DNA of 64,000 nt from contig CBDAOB010000003.1 in the NCBI GenBank assembly GCA_965197905.1, positions 257,937 to 321,936 of the forward strand, in the 5' to 3' direction. The position numbers and the translations under genes are program-made. A model generated the notes under the pieces. The model saw nothing but the letters and a program-made list of their open reading frames with translations, was not told the origin of the DNA and ran no database searches. This DNA comes from Candidatus Latescibacterota bacterium (GTDB taxonomy: Bacteria; Latescibacterota; UBA2968; UBA8231). Each line of letters begins with the position of its first letter. The stretch's first letter is position 1. This document shows positions 51,503-59,855 of the stretch, piece after piece.

Positions 51503-52510
51503 TTACGGCTCTGAGGTAGAACTCGAAGGTAAGACTTCGGTATTTAGAGCAGGGTCCCAATATTTCCAGAGATCTCGCGGCACGTCGTATCGCTTGAGCC
51601 TCCGGCCTGGGTGACCCGGCGGTAGAAAGCCTGTCGCCGATTGCCCGTCTGGCTCCACCGGGGTGGTGCCAGCGTGCTTGGGGTTACCCTTGGGCTGTGA
51701 TGGTAGCGGCGGGGGCGACCATGGCGTGCCATCCTTGTCAGGAAACATGACCATTGGTGCCTGCTGGCGCATTTCTCTGTGAGCGTACCGTGCAAACTGC
51801 GCCACCCGCGGTTGCCGCGACCCCGCCGCGTTAGCCGACCCGATGTGCGTAGTGAGGCCGTGGAACAGCATGGCGTCGCCCGCTCGCCCCGTCATGCATA
51901 CTACCTCGCCCACACTGGTGTCCCCCTCTAGGAGCGCCCGGTGCCCGCCGCTCCGCACGGGCTCTGTAAAGAGGTACGAGCCATCGAATTGCTCGGGGTG
52001 CTCGAGGAAGTACCGGTGGTTCGCCAGGTGCGATCTTGGCCAGTAGGCCGTGCCTCCGCCCGTAGGGCTGCTCACGTCCCAGAGCAACACGGCGAAAAAC
52101 GCCATGAACCCACCGCCCCAGCCTTTCGCGTACCCATCGAGGTGACCGTCGACCGGGGGAGTCCACTCCGTGCCCGGGGCGTTAGGCAGGATCACCCGCG
52201 TCATCGGCACCTGCGACGTCCACGGCTGCCCCGCTGGGTGGGAGGGGGCAAAGGCGCCGCCACCGATCTGCTCCACGATGGACTGCAGGCTCGGTAAATC
52301 ATACAGGTTGGGGCTGAGCTCGGGCCAGCCACCCGCGGGTGCGTACCGCCCGGCGGGCCAGGTGTTGGGGTCGTCGAGGTCGATGCTGTCGGAGCAAGCG
52401 AGGCGTATATGGGCCTGCCACCCCACAATCACATTAGGAGGCACCAATCCCGGAATCGCGAGCGCCCCCTCTGATTTGAACTCATCCAGCTGCGCCGGCG
52501 ACAGCAGCAT
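51503..52510 (-). CDS. PhyH-like Fe(II)/2OG dioxygenase
   Basis: LSPAQLDEFKSEGALAIPGLVPP...HLDGY...TTHIGSAN. Confidence 0.55.
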   Translation of the reverse strand: MLLSPAQLDEFKSEGALAIPGLVPPNVIVGWQAHIRLACSDSIDLDDPNTWPAGRYAPAGGWPELSPNLYDLPSLQSIVEQIGGGAFAPSHPAGQPWTSQVPMTRVILPNAPGTEWTPPVDGHLDGYAKGWGGGFMAFFAVLLWDVSSPTGGGTAYWPRSHLANHRYFLEHPEQFDGSYLFTEPVRSGGHRALLEGDTSVGEVVCMTGRAGDAMLFHGLTTHIGSANAAGSRQPRVAQFARYAHREMRQQAPMVMFPDKDGTPWSPPPLPSQPKGNPKHAGTTPVEPDGQSATGFLPPGHPGRRLKRYDVPRDLWKYWDPALNTEVLPSSSTSEP

Positions 52511-52565
52511 GCTCGTCCCTGAGCCGGGACCGCAACTTTTTTTGATTGACTCATTATACCCTTAC

Positions 52566-52655
52566 TTGTCGTCTAACGTTCTCGCCGTGCCCGAACCGCG
52601 AAAGCGGTTCCGCGAAGGGCGAACGCCCGAAGCCGGGCACGGACGTGTCGTATGT
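52566..52655. repeat. attC-like element, family A
   Basis: tgtcgtcTAACgttctcgccgtgcccgaaccgcgaaagcggttccgcgaagggcgaacgcccgaagccgggcacggacgtgtcg. Confidence 0.55.
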
Positions 52656-52694
52656 TGTTACCTGAAGTTGTGGCCGGGGAGGCTGGGAGGGATC

Positions 52695-53033
52695 TTAGCT
52701 ATCGACTCCCAGACTGAGCTTGCAGGGTTCAATGGCGTCCAGTTCCTGCGCTTCAGACTGAGTGGCGTGATACAGATCCCATCTAAGTTGTAGATTAAGC
52801 CAAAACGCGGGCGAGACATCGAAATACTTCGACAAGCGCAGTGCCGTGCTTGGCGTGATTCCCCGCTTACCATTCACCAGTTCATTCACGCGTTGGTATG
52901 GTACTCGAATGGCGGTGGCCAACTCACGTTGAGTCAGTTCTAACGGATCCAGAAACTCACGTACGAGCATCTCACCAGGATGGGTCGGAACACGATGGGT
53001 AGGAATACGTACCATAGCAGCCTCCTTTACCAC
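52695..53033 (-). CDS. higA: HigA-family antitoxin (XRE HTH), second copy
   Basis: HPGEMLVREFLDPLELTQRELATAIRVPYQRVNELVNGKRGITPSTALRLSKYF. Confidence 0.7.
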   Translation of the reverse strand: MVKEAAMVRIPTHRVPTHPGEMLVREFLDPLELTQRELATAIRVPYQRVNELVNGKRGITPSTALRLSKYFDVSPAFWLNLQLRWDLYHATQSEAQELDAIEPCKLSLGVDS

Positions 53034-53044
53034 AAACTAGTGGT

Positions 53045-53290
53045 AATCGACAATCTCGACGTTTTTGGGACCTAGGTCGGACCAAACAAAGCAGATCCGG
53101 TACTGGTCATTGATGCGAATGCTGCACTGGCCAGCCCGCTTTCCATGCAGAACCTCGAAATGGTTCCCTGGAGGGCTGCGAAGGTCTCCAGGATGCCGAT
53201 CGGATGACGCGGCTCGTTCGCTGAATCGGTCAAACAGAACCTCGAAGTCTGCAGTTACGACAATTTGGATACAATTAAACGGGAATCTCT
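53045..53290 (-). pseudogene. higB: higB-family toxin remnant (N-terminally truncated, no start codon)
   Basis: ...QCSIRINDQYRICFVWSDLGPKNVEIVDYH* aligns to the C-terminal 80 aa of the HigB at 42018-42299; an in-frame TAA lies immediately upstream and abuts the stop of the preceding gene. Confidence 0.5.
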
Positions 53291-53291
53291 T

Positions 53292-53612
53292 TTAGATCTC
53301 ACGCAATCTAGGCCCATCGATGCTGGGCACGAAAGCGGTCTCGACAACTACCGAAACACCGGACGCTAGCTGCACCTCGAAGAGTCGGTACATCACTTCA
53401 AAGGAAGTACCGCCGACCTTTTTGGACCATTCCCGATCAGACCAACCAAGACCGTCGAAAACAACGTCCTTGATATCATCCTTGACCAACAGCGGCAGTG
53501 ATAGAGCCTTTGAGATCTTCCTCGCAAGTGTGGTTTTTCCAGCTCCCGGTGGACCTGTTATGACAATAACATTTGGAATCAATTTATCATCGCCTGAGTG
53601 TATCTTGTGCAT
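53292..53612 (-). CDS. P-loop NTPase/kinase-like protein (AAA_33-like), probably C-terminally truncated
   Basis: VIVITGPPGAGKTTLARKI Walker A; only 106 aa; stop abuts the higB remnant. Confidence 0.5.
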   Translation of the reverse strand: MHKIHSGDDKLIPNVIVITGPPGAGKTTLARKISKALSLPLLVKDDIKDVVFDGLGWSDREWSKKVGGTSFEVMYRLFEVQLASGVSVVVETAFVPSIDGPRLREI

Positions 53613-53717
53613 TTCCTATAACGTTTCACCGATTGCCGAACTCGCCGATAGGCGAGTTGCCGACAGGCCAAGGCGGCGAAGCCGCCGTAGCGGCAAACGA
53701 GTTGTTAAATGACGTGG
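53600..53717. repeat. attC-like element, family B
   Basis: catttccTATAACgtttcaccgattgccgaactcgccgataggcgagttgccgacaggccaaggcggcgaagccgccgtagcggcaaacgagttGTTAAATgacgtgg. Confidence 0.55.
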
Positions 53718-53806
53718 GACATTGCGCCCCATGACACTCAACATCAGCTCTTTGTCTCTCAAGTGCATGAAGAGAGTCGATAAAATTCCGGAATGCAAGC
53801 GCCTCT

Positions 53807-54322
53807 TCAGTGCGCAGCGTCCTGCATGGATTTAAGGGTACGTCGAATGAAGGTCCGAGCTGTTCGGTATTGCCGAGCCGTGTTTAGAGCAATCAACTGA
53901 CATGCCGGACATTTTACTGTCCGGCTAAGGACGCCTGGTTTGCACAGCTCCCGGTCCGACAACTCGGCAATTAGCACCAGCACATTACGAAAGGCTTTGT
54001 CGAGTCGCCTTTTGACGCTAAGATATGACTCTCGCTTGGCCCGGCGCGCGATGCCGGCATTCAGTCTGGGCGTTTCGTTCCACTTGAAACCTGGAGCAGG
54101 AAGATCCAACTCTCCTCCGTCTCGTGCGGTGCGAATCCATGACACGACGGCCTCGCTCCACCAACAACGCAGGGCAAGCACCTCCCTAACAGTCCAGTCG
54201 TCGACGCAAACAACATTTCCCAGTCTCGGGCCACCTTCGGCGAGTTCGGACTGCAATTCTCCGTATCCGGTTTTTACAACATCCAGGAGCTGCTTTCGTG
54301 TGCGCGGCACCGTTGACGGCAT
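53807..54322 (-). CDS. ClbS/DfsB-family (DUF1706) four-helix-bundle protein
   Basis: TRKQLLDVVKTGYGELQSEL...WTVREVLALRCWW...GFKWNETPRLN...LSDRELCKPGV fits the DUF1706 pattern; start set at the Met downstream of the repeat element. Confidence 0.55.
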   Translation of the reverse strand: MPSTVPRTRKQLLDVVKTGYGELQSELAEGGPRLGNVVCVDDWTVREVLALRCWWSEAVVSWIRTARDGGELDLPAPGFKWNETPRLNAGIARRAKRESYLSVKRRLDKAFRNVLVLIAELSDRELCKPGVLSRTVKCPACQLIALNTARQYRTARTFIRRTLKSMQDAAH

Positions 54323-54342
54323 AGAGCAATCTCCACAACCCA

Positions 54343-54450
54343 TGTCATTTAACGTTCTACCGATTCCCGAACCTGCGAAGCAGGTTGCCAAAGGCCAAGC
54401 CGCGGAGGCGGCGCAGCGGCAAACGCGTTGTTAAATGACGTGAACATCAA
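54343..54450. repeat. attC-like element, family B (best-preserved copy)
   Basis: tgtcATTTAACgttctaccgattcccgaacctgcgaagcaggttgccaaaggccaagccgcggaggcggcgcagcggcaaacgcgttGTTAAATgacgtg: complementary 7-bp cores, internal aacctgc-gaa-gcaggtt hairpin. Confidence 0.6.
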
Positions 54451-54465
54451 AAACCGTTCGCCCCG

Positions 54466-55038
54466 TTAGCGACCTAGTTCTCCAAGTAGCTTTTTGTGAA
54501 CTGCCTGAACTATGTAGCGCATGGTGATCAACGCCACTATGATGCCGAGTACCTTGCTCACGTTGGCAGCAATGCCTGTCCAGAATTGCTTTTGAGCATA
54601 CTCTTGGACGGTGCGTAAGTTCAACGTGCGTCCGGCTGCGTCTATTATTGTTATGCTTCCTGCTTCAAGGCCCTCGACGCCGGATGCGACTTGGTCGGCA
54701 ATCGCTGCAACCTGCACCTCCGAGAGTGGCGAAGCGGAGGTAACGGTGACCGAGGCTTCACGATGGCCCCCAGAGCTCGTTATTGGCGTTGAGAGCTGGA
54801 CTTTGGCCGCCGAGACTCCGTCAATGGCAACGACGCTCGCAGCCAATTTTGCTTCGAGTTGCTGTTGCGCCGCTACAACAGCTCGAAGTTCCTCTGCCGA
54901 TAACGGCGCGTCTGCCTTCGGCATTATCTCTGGGAGTACGTCATAGCCAAGGTACATGCCGACCAGCGCACCTGCGACTACGTACATAATCGCAGGATAT
55001 TTCGTGAGTGCCTCTTTCGGTTTCATGTTTCCCTCCAT
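54466..55038 (-). CDS. FliF/YscJ-type ring-building-motif membrane protein (miniature FliF-like)
   Basis: N-terminal TM; SAAKVQLSTPITSSGGHREASVTVTSASPLSEVQVAAIADQVASGVEGLEAGSITIIDAAGRTL aligns with FliF RBM2 (SARVHLAMPKPS...ASVTVTLEP...VVHLVSSAVAGLPPGNVTLVDQSGHLL); C-terminal TM; 190 aa against about 550 for FliF. Confidence 0.5.
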   Translation of the reverse strand: MEGNMKPKEALTKYPAIMYVVAGALVGMYLGYDVLPEIMPKADAPLSAEELRAVVAAQQQLEAKLAASVVAIDGVSAAKVQLSTPITSSGGHREASVTVTSASPLSEVQVAAIADQVASGVEGLEAGSITIIDAAGRTLNLRTVQEYAQKQFWTGIAANVSKVLGIIVALITMRYIVQAVHKKLLGELGR

Positions 55039-55069
55039 GTGACCGAATCTGGGCGTACCATCCGATTCA

Positions 55070-55172
55070 TGTCATTTAACGTTCTCGCCGTGCCCGAACC
55101 GCGAATGCGGTTGCGCGAAGGGCGAATGCCCGAAGCCGGGCCACGGGCATGTTAAGTGACGTGGGACCTACT
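55070..55172. repeat. attC-like element, family A (best-preserved copy)
   Basis: tgtcATTTAACgttctcgccgtgcccgaaccgcgaatgcggttgcgcgaagggcgaatgcccgaagccgggccacgggcatGTTAAGTgacgtggg: two internal GAAT-loop hairpins. Confidence 0.6.
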
Positions 55173-55191
55173 TCTTGCTTGGTTTCTCGTC

Positions 55192-56061
55192 TTACGAAAT
55201 CCCTACTTTTGATAAGAGGTTCGTCGCTTTGTCAGTCAGCACATTGATGTCATATCGCAGTGCAGTTGGGTCCTTGAGTTCGTTTGTTTGTCTCAACGTG
55301 TCAATTTGGACAAGTCGCTTGGCTTGCAAAATCGAATTCGGTTCATCCCGAATGAATTCACAAACGAACCTAGGCAAAAAGTCGACGTCGCCGTTGGTTT
55401 CAAGAACGCTATCGACACAGCCAAATTCGTCTATGAGACGTTTCGCCCGCTTTGGTCCGACCCCAGGAATGCCTCTGATGTTGTCAGTAGGATCGCCCTT
55501 CAGCGCGAGATAATCGGCATAGCAGTATGGTGCAACACCAATCTGCTGAAATATGCGATTGGAATCATACACTTCCATGAGGCCGTTAACGTAGCGGGCA
55601 ACAGCCACTCTATCCTCCACAAGTTGCAGGAAATCATTGTCATTCGAACAGATAAATACGAAAAGGCCACGCTCAACGAGTGATTTGGCAGCGCTGCCGA
55701 TTTGATCATCAGCCTCGCAGTCTGGAGGTTCCACGTACGCGACGTTCGCGAGGTCCAGAATCTGTTTGATCACAGGCAGTTGAAGAAACATCCCTGTGTC
55801 CTCATTCACTCGATTGGCCTTGTAATCAGAGGATATTGCCAATCTACCGTCACATCCGGTTTCGGAGTCGAAGACAACCATCATGTGCGTCGGCTCCAAG
55901 TCTCTGCACACGGAGCGGAGTATTGCCAAAAAACCGTACACCGCATTGACTTGGACGCCTCCCTTTGTGCGGGCGGCCGCAGGGACACCGAAATACGACC
56001 GATAAAGGAAATTGTGACCATCTATTAGAACAACTCTATCGTGAGTACCCACGCTTACCAC
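55192..56061 (-). CDS. 5'-3' exonuclease (FEN/Pol I N-terminal-domain-like, PIN fold)
   Basis: VVLIDGHNFLYRSYF...DSETG...CEADDQIG...LALKGDPTDNIRGIPGVGPKRA (H3TH). Confidence 0.7.
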   Translation of the reverse strand: MVSVGTHDRVVLIDGHNFLYRSYFGVPAAARTKGGVQVNAVYGFLAILRSVCRDLEPTHMMVVFDSETGCDGRLAISSDYKANRVNEDTGMFLQLPVIKQILDLANVAYVEPPDCEADDQIGSAAKSLVERGLFVFICSNDNDFLQLVEDRVAVARYVNGLMEVYDSNRIFQQIGVAPYCYADYLALKGDPTDNIRGIPGVGPKRAKRLIDEFGCVDSVLETNGDVDFLPRFVCEFIRDEPNSILQAKRLVQIDTLRQTNELKDPTALRYDINVLTDKATNLLSKVGIS

Positions 56062-56076
56062 GCCGTTATATTTCTT

Positions 56077-56109
56077 CCCATGTCACTTAACGTTCTTCGT
56101 GTCCCCGAA
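56077..56109. repeat. attC-like element, family A, truncated by IS256 copy 2
   Basis: catgtcACTTAACgttcttcgtgtccccgaa followed directly by the IS left IR; 16 bp upstream of the exonuclease start. Confidence 0.5.
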
Positions 56110-56217
56110 GAGCTATAATCAAAAGGTGTGGAAATACACAGAAGGCGATCCTACCCTTCCTTTGTAATTAGACATTACACGCGCCGGGGCTGTCCCGGCA
56201 GGAAGAGGAGAATCGCC

Positions 56218-56739
56218 ATGCCACAACCTAAGCTGAGCACCGCGGAAATGTCCATGCCCACGTTCGAAACGTTGGAAGCGTGGACGCGGTCGCAGATTCA
56301 GTCTTTGATGCAGTCGGTTTTGGATGAAGAAGTGACGCAGGTGCTGGGGCGGTCGCGCTACCAGCGTCAGGCCCCGTTGGACGCACCCGGCGGCTATCGA
56401 AATGGCTACGGGAAGCGGCGGCGACTGTCCTGTACCTCGGGCACGATCGAGGTAAAACGTCCACGCGTGCGAGGTCTGGAAGAGCGCTTCGAGAGCGCCA
56501 TTCTGCCGCTGTTTGCGCGGCGTACGAAGGAGGTGGGTCAGCTGTTGCCGGAACTGTATCTGCACGGTCTGTCCCAAGGCGACTTCGAGCTGGCGCTGCG
56601 CGGCCTGCTGGGAGCGGGAGCGCCGCTGTCGCCGTCCTCAATCGCGCGTTTGCGGGATAAGTGGATCGTCGAATACCACGCCTGGCGCAGCCGACGGCTG
56701 GATGACCGCGAGCTGGTGTACGCCTGGGCCGACGGGATC
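56218..56739 (+). CDS. IS256-family transposase, exon 1 (copy 2)
   Basis: identical to 18483-19004. Confidence 0.75.
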
Positions 56740-58880
56740 GTGCGCCACGAGGCGCCAGAGAACCGGGTGGGATGCAAGGACCCACCAACGGGCTGTCGCA
56801 GCAGCCCGTTGAAGCTGGAGGCAGCCTGACCCTGGGAGCGCAGGGGAAGGTGGAAGCAGCCTCGACAACGACAGAGTGGAGTGGCACCTCCAGACACTCC
56901 ACGTCTGGCAAGCAAGACGGAATGGTGTAACCCGAAGTGAACCAGTGATGGAACCCCCTTTAGCGGCCCGCCAACCCAAACCTGGTGGATAAGGGTTGGT
57001 ACGCAACGCACGTGGTCGGATATATGACCGACTGCGACTCTGGGGAGGTGTGATACCCACCGAAGCAGAGGCCTTGGAGAATGCCTGCGGCGTACCCAAG
57101 GCGAAGTTGCAGGGGAAAAGCTGGGCACCTCCCCCGTCAAACGGTTCATGGTGAACGTGGGAACCGAGCCGAGTCCGACCGTTATCGGGGCAGCGCGCTG
57201 TCCGCTGTGGGGCTTGGCAAGGGACGGAGCCTCTGTAGTAGTCCGCGAGCGGGAAAGCCGCTTACATGGCGAAGGGAGGCAGCAAGTTGCGCAGTGGGGT
57301 ACTGGAAAAACAGGAGGACGCCGGTGAATGCCAGCGCTTCGTGGCCCGAGGCAGAACAAGCCCGTAATCGAGTACTGGAAATCCAGACCAAACTGCACCG
57401 TTGGGCTGTAGAGGATCGAAGCAAGTGCTTCGACGACCTGTTCAACCTGGTGTGTGACCCGGCGTTTTTGAGTGTAGCCTGGCGTCGGGTGCGCAGCAAC
57501 AAGGGTGCTCGTTCGGCCGGAGTGGACGGACAAACGGCCTACTCTGTGGAGACGGAACGCGGCGAGGAGGCCTTTCTCGCCGAGGTGCGGGTTGATCTGA
57601 AGACCCGCAGTTTCCGGCCTCTGCCCGTACGCGAGCGGTTGATTCCGAAACCTGGCACAACGAAGAAGCGCCGGCTCGGCATCCCAACCGCTCGGGACCG
57701 AGTGGTCCAAGCCGCACTCAAGCTGGTGCTCGAACCGATCTTCGAAGCGGACTTCAAGCCGTGCTCCTACGGCTTCCGCCCGAATCGGCGGGCTCAGGAC
57801 GCCATCGCCGAGATTCATCAATTCTGCTCCCGCTCTTATGAGTGGGTGGTGGAGGGCGATATCCGTGCTTGTTTCGATGAGATTGATCACGCAGCCCTCT
57901 TGGACCGCGTGCGTCGACGTATCGGTGATAAGCATGTTCTGAGGCTTGTAAAAGCGTTCTGCAAGGCCGGTGTCCTCACGGAACAATCGGTGTTGCAAGA
58001 AAGCACTTCGGGCACTCCGCAAGGCGGTATTCTCTCACCGCTGGTGGCAAATATCGCCTTATCCGTCCTCGACGATTATTTCACTGAGGTCTGGAGAAAG
58101 GTGGGCGCTACCTCCAGTGCGCGACAAGCGCATCGGCGAAAGGGGCTACCGACTTGTCGGCTTGTCCGTTACGCTGACGATTTCGTGCTGCTGGTGGCGG
58201 GCACCGAAGCTGCAGCGTATGACCTGCGCGACCAAGCGGGGGTGACTCTCACCCCCATGGGTCTGCACCTGTCGGAGACGAAGACCGCCATCACGCACAT
58301 CAGCCGTGGCTTCGATTTCCTGGGTTTTCGCATTCAGAAGCGACGGAAACCGGGCCCGGTTGGCGCACGCATCTATACGTGGCCAAGAAAGGAATCTCTG
58401 GCCCGGTTGAAGAGCACGGTGCGCGCAGTCACGAGAACGGGTCGGCAGAGGCCGTTGAAGAGCCTTCTGCGCCAACTCAATCCGGTGTTGCGGGGGTGGG
58501 CCAACTACTTTCAGTACGGGGTGTCGAAGGCCACTTTCAACTACGTGCGGGGCTTCACTTGGCGCCGCGTAGTGCATTGGCTGCGCCGCAAGCACCCGCG
58601 CTTTAATTGGAGGAAGCTGAAACGCCGCTACCTGCCAGGATGGTGGCCCACCGAGGACGGGATTGCTCTTTACAACGTCGGCGAAGTAGCAGTGACTCGT
58701 TACCGCTATCGATCGGCGCGGATCCCTTCTCCCTGGCCTGCGACAACCGGATGAGACTCTGCGGTCACACGGCACCTTGTGGAGAGCCGGATGCGTGGTA
58801 ACGCGCACGTCCGGTTCGGAGGGCGGGCCGGAGAAACCCACATCACGCGTGTGGCGCAGGGCGCTCCGGTCCGACCCTAC
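56740..58880 (+). mobile_element. group II intron, RT-encoding (copy 2)
   Basis: identical to 19005-21145. Confidence 0.85.
57318..58754 (+). CDS. group II intron RT/maturase (copy 2)
   Basis: identical to 19583-21019. Confidence 0.8.
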   Translation, partial: TPVNASASWPEAEQARNRVLEIQTKLHRWAVEDRSKCFDDLFNLVCDPAFLSVAWRRVRSNKGARSAGVDGQTAYSVETERGEEAFLAEVRVDLKTRSFRPLPVRERLIPKPGTTKKRRLGIPTARDRVVQAALKLVLEPIFEADFKPCSYGFRPNRRAQDAIAEIHQFCSRSYEWVVEGDIRACFDEIDHAALLDRVRRRIGDKHVLRLVKAFCKAGVLTEQSVLQESTSGTPQGGILSPLVANIALSVLDDYFTEVWRKVGATSSARQAHRRKGLPTCRLVRYADDFVLLVAGTEAAAYDLRDQAGVTLTPMGLHLSETKTAITHISRGFDFLGFRIQKRRKPGPVGARIYTWPRKESLARLKSTVRAVTRTGRQRPLKSLLRQLNPVLRGWANYFQYGVSKATFNYVRGFTWRRVVHWLRRKHPRFNWRKLKRRYLPGWWPTEDGIALYNVGEVAVTRYRYRSARIPSPWPATTG

Positions 58881-59597
58881 TACGTCAAAGCCGGGCTCGA
58901 GAAAGAAAAGGCCGCTCTCCTGGTGGTCATCGGCGCCATGAGCGATGGGCGCAAGGAAGTCTTGACGATTGTCCCAGGCTATCGCGAATCGAAGGAGTCG
59001 TGGACGAGCGTGCTGCGCGATTTGCGTGACCGCGGACTGAGCGCGGCGAAGTTGTTGGTGGCGGATGGGCACCTGGGTATTTGGGCCGCCCTGGCGCAGG
59101 TCTGGCCGGAGACGGCGGAACAGCGGTGCTGGAATCACCGCCTCCTGAACGTGTTGGATAAGCTGCCTAAACGCGTGCAGGCCGAAGCGCGGCAACTGCT
59201 GACACAGATCCCCTACGCGCCGACCCGTCAAGACGCGACCAAACGCCGCGATCAATTCGCCAAACGATTCCACCGCGAATGCCCAGACGCCGTAGATATC
59301 CTCGAGCGCGATTGGGACCGTATGGTGGCATTCTACGACTTTCCCGAGGCCCACTGGCAACACCTGCGCACTACCAACGTCGTTGAAAGTCCCTTCGCTT
59401 CGGTACGGCTGCGAACCAATGCGGCCAAGCGCTACAAGAAGGTGGCCAATGCCACCGCCCTCATATGGCGGGTACTGATGGTGGCCGAGAAACGATTTCG
59501 CCGACTCCGTGCACCGCATCTTATGGCTGACGTGTACGCCAATGTGCGCTACGAAAATGGATCACACATCGCGCAAAGGAAGAAGATTGCCGCCTGA
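58881..59597 (+). CDS. IS256-family transposase, exon 2 (copy 2)
   Basis: identical to 21146-21862. Confidence 0.75.
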   Translation, partial: YVKAGLEKEKAALLVVIGAMSDGRKEVLTIVPGYRESKESWTSVLRDLRDRGLSAAKLLVADGHLGIWAALAQVWPETAEQRCWNHRLLNVLDKLPKRVQAEARQLLTQIPYAPTRQDATKRRDQFAKRFHRECPDAVDILERDWDRMVAFYDFPEAHWQHLRTTNVVESPFASVRLRTNAAKRYKKVANATALIWRVLMVAEKRFRRLRAPHLMADVYANVRYENGSHIAQRKKIAA

Positions 59598-59626
59598 GTC
59601 GTTTACACACCATTTGACCCAAGCTC

Positions 59627-59761
59627 GATGCTCTTGTTCAGAAGGACGTAGTGCCTGATATCGCGCCTTGCAGAATCGTCGTACGAATCGAAAGCCGCCA
59701 CCTGTCCGTCCGAAAGCGCGTCGTGTTCACCTTGGCCGCAGAGTACTGTTATCCTGTCCAT
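59627..59761 (-). pseudogene. 5' fragment (45 codons) of a gene truncated by IS copy 2
   Basis: ATG at 59761, 9 bp downstream of an attC-like element; MDRITVLCGQGEHDALSDG... runs straight into the IS right end. Confidence 0.35.
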
Positions 59762-59769
59762 TTTCTTCT

Positions 59770-59855
59770 GTTGGTCAACGTTTTACCGTACCCGAACCCC
59801 GAAACGGCTGCGCAAAGGGGCCCGAAGTCGGGCACCGGACGTGCCATGATAGCTG
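59770..59855. repeat. attC-like element, family A-like (rightmost of the array)
   Basis: tggtcAACGTTttaccgtacccgaaccccgaaacggctgcgcaaaggggcccgaagtcgggcaccggacgtgccatg. Confidence 0.45.

Larger units (their letters stand above)
56110..59626 (+). mobile_element. IS256-family insertion sequence, copy 2 (with group II intron), no TSD
   Basis: identical in length (3517 bp) and sequence to copy 1 at a +37735 offset. Left flank is a truncated attC-like element (56077-56109). Right flank is the 5' fragment of a gene; flanking 8-mers differ (TCCCCGAA vs GATGCTCT). Confidence 0.85.

Noticed and set aside
31471-55172. Interpretation of the intergenic elements as plain REP/BIME or MITE elements, or as small-RNA genes
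   Set aside because: Not fully rejected and kept as the alternative. Strict gene-element-gene alternation, RYYYAAC/GTTRRRY termini, TA-rich cassette content and an attC/hairpin-targeting intron favour attC sites. TIR-bearing MITEs would not track gene boundaries this regularly.
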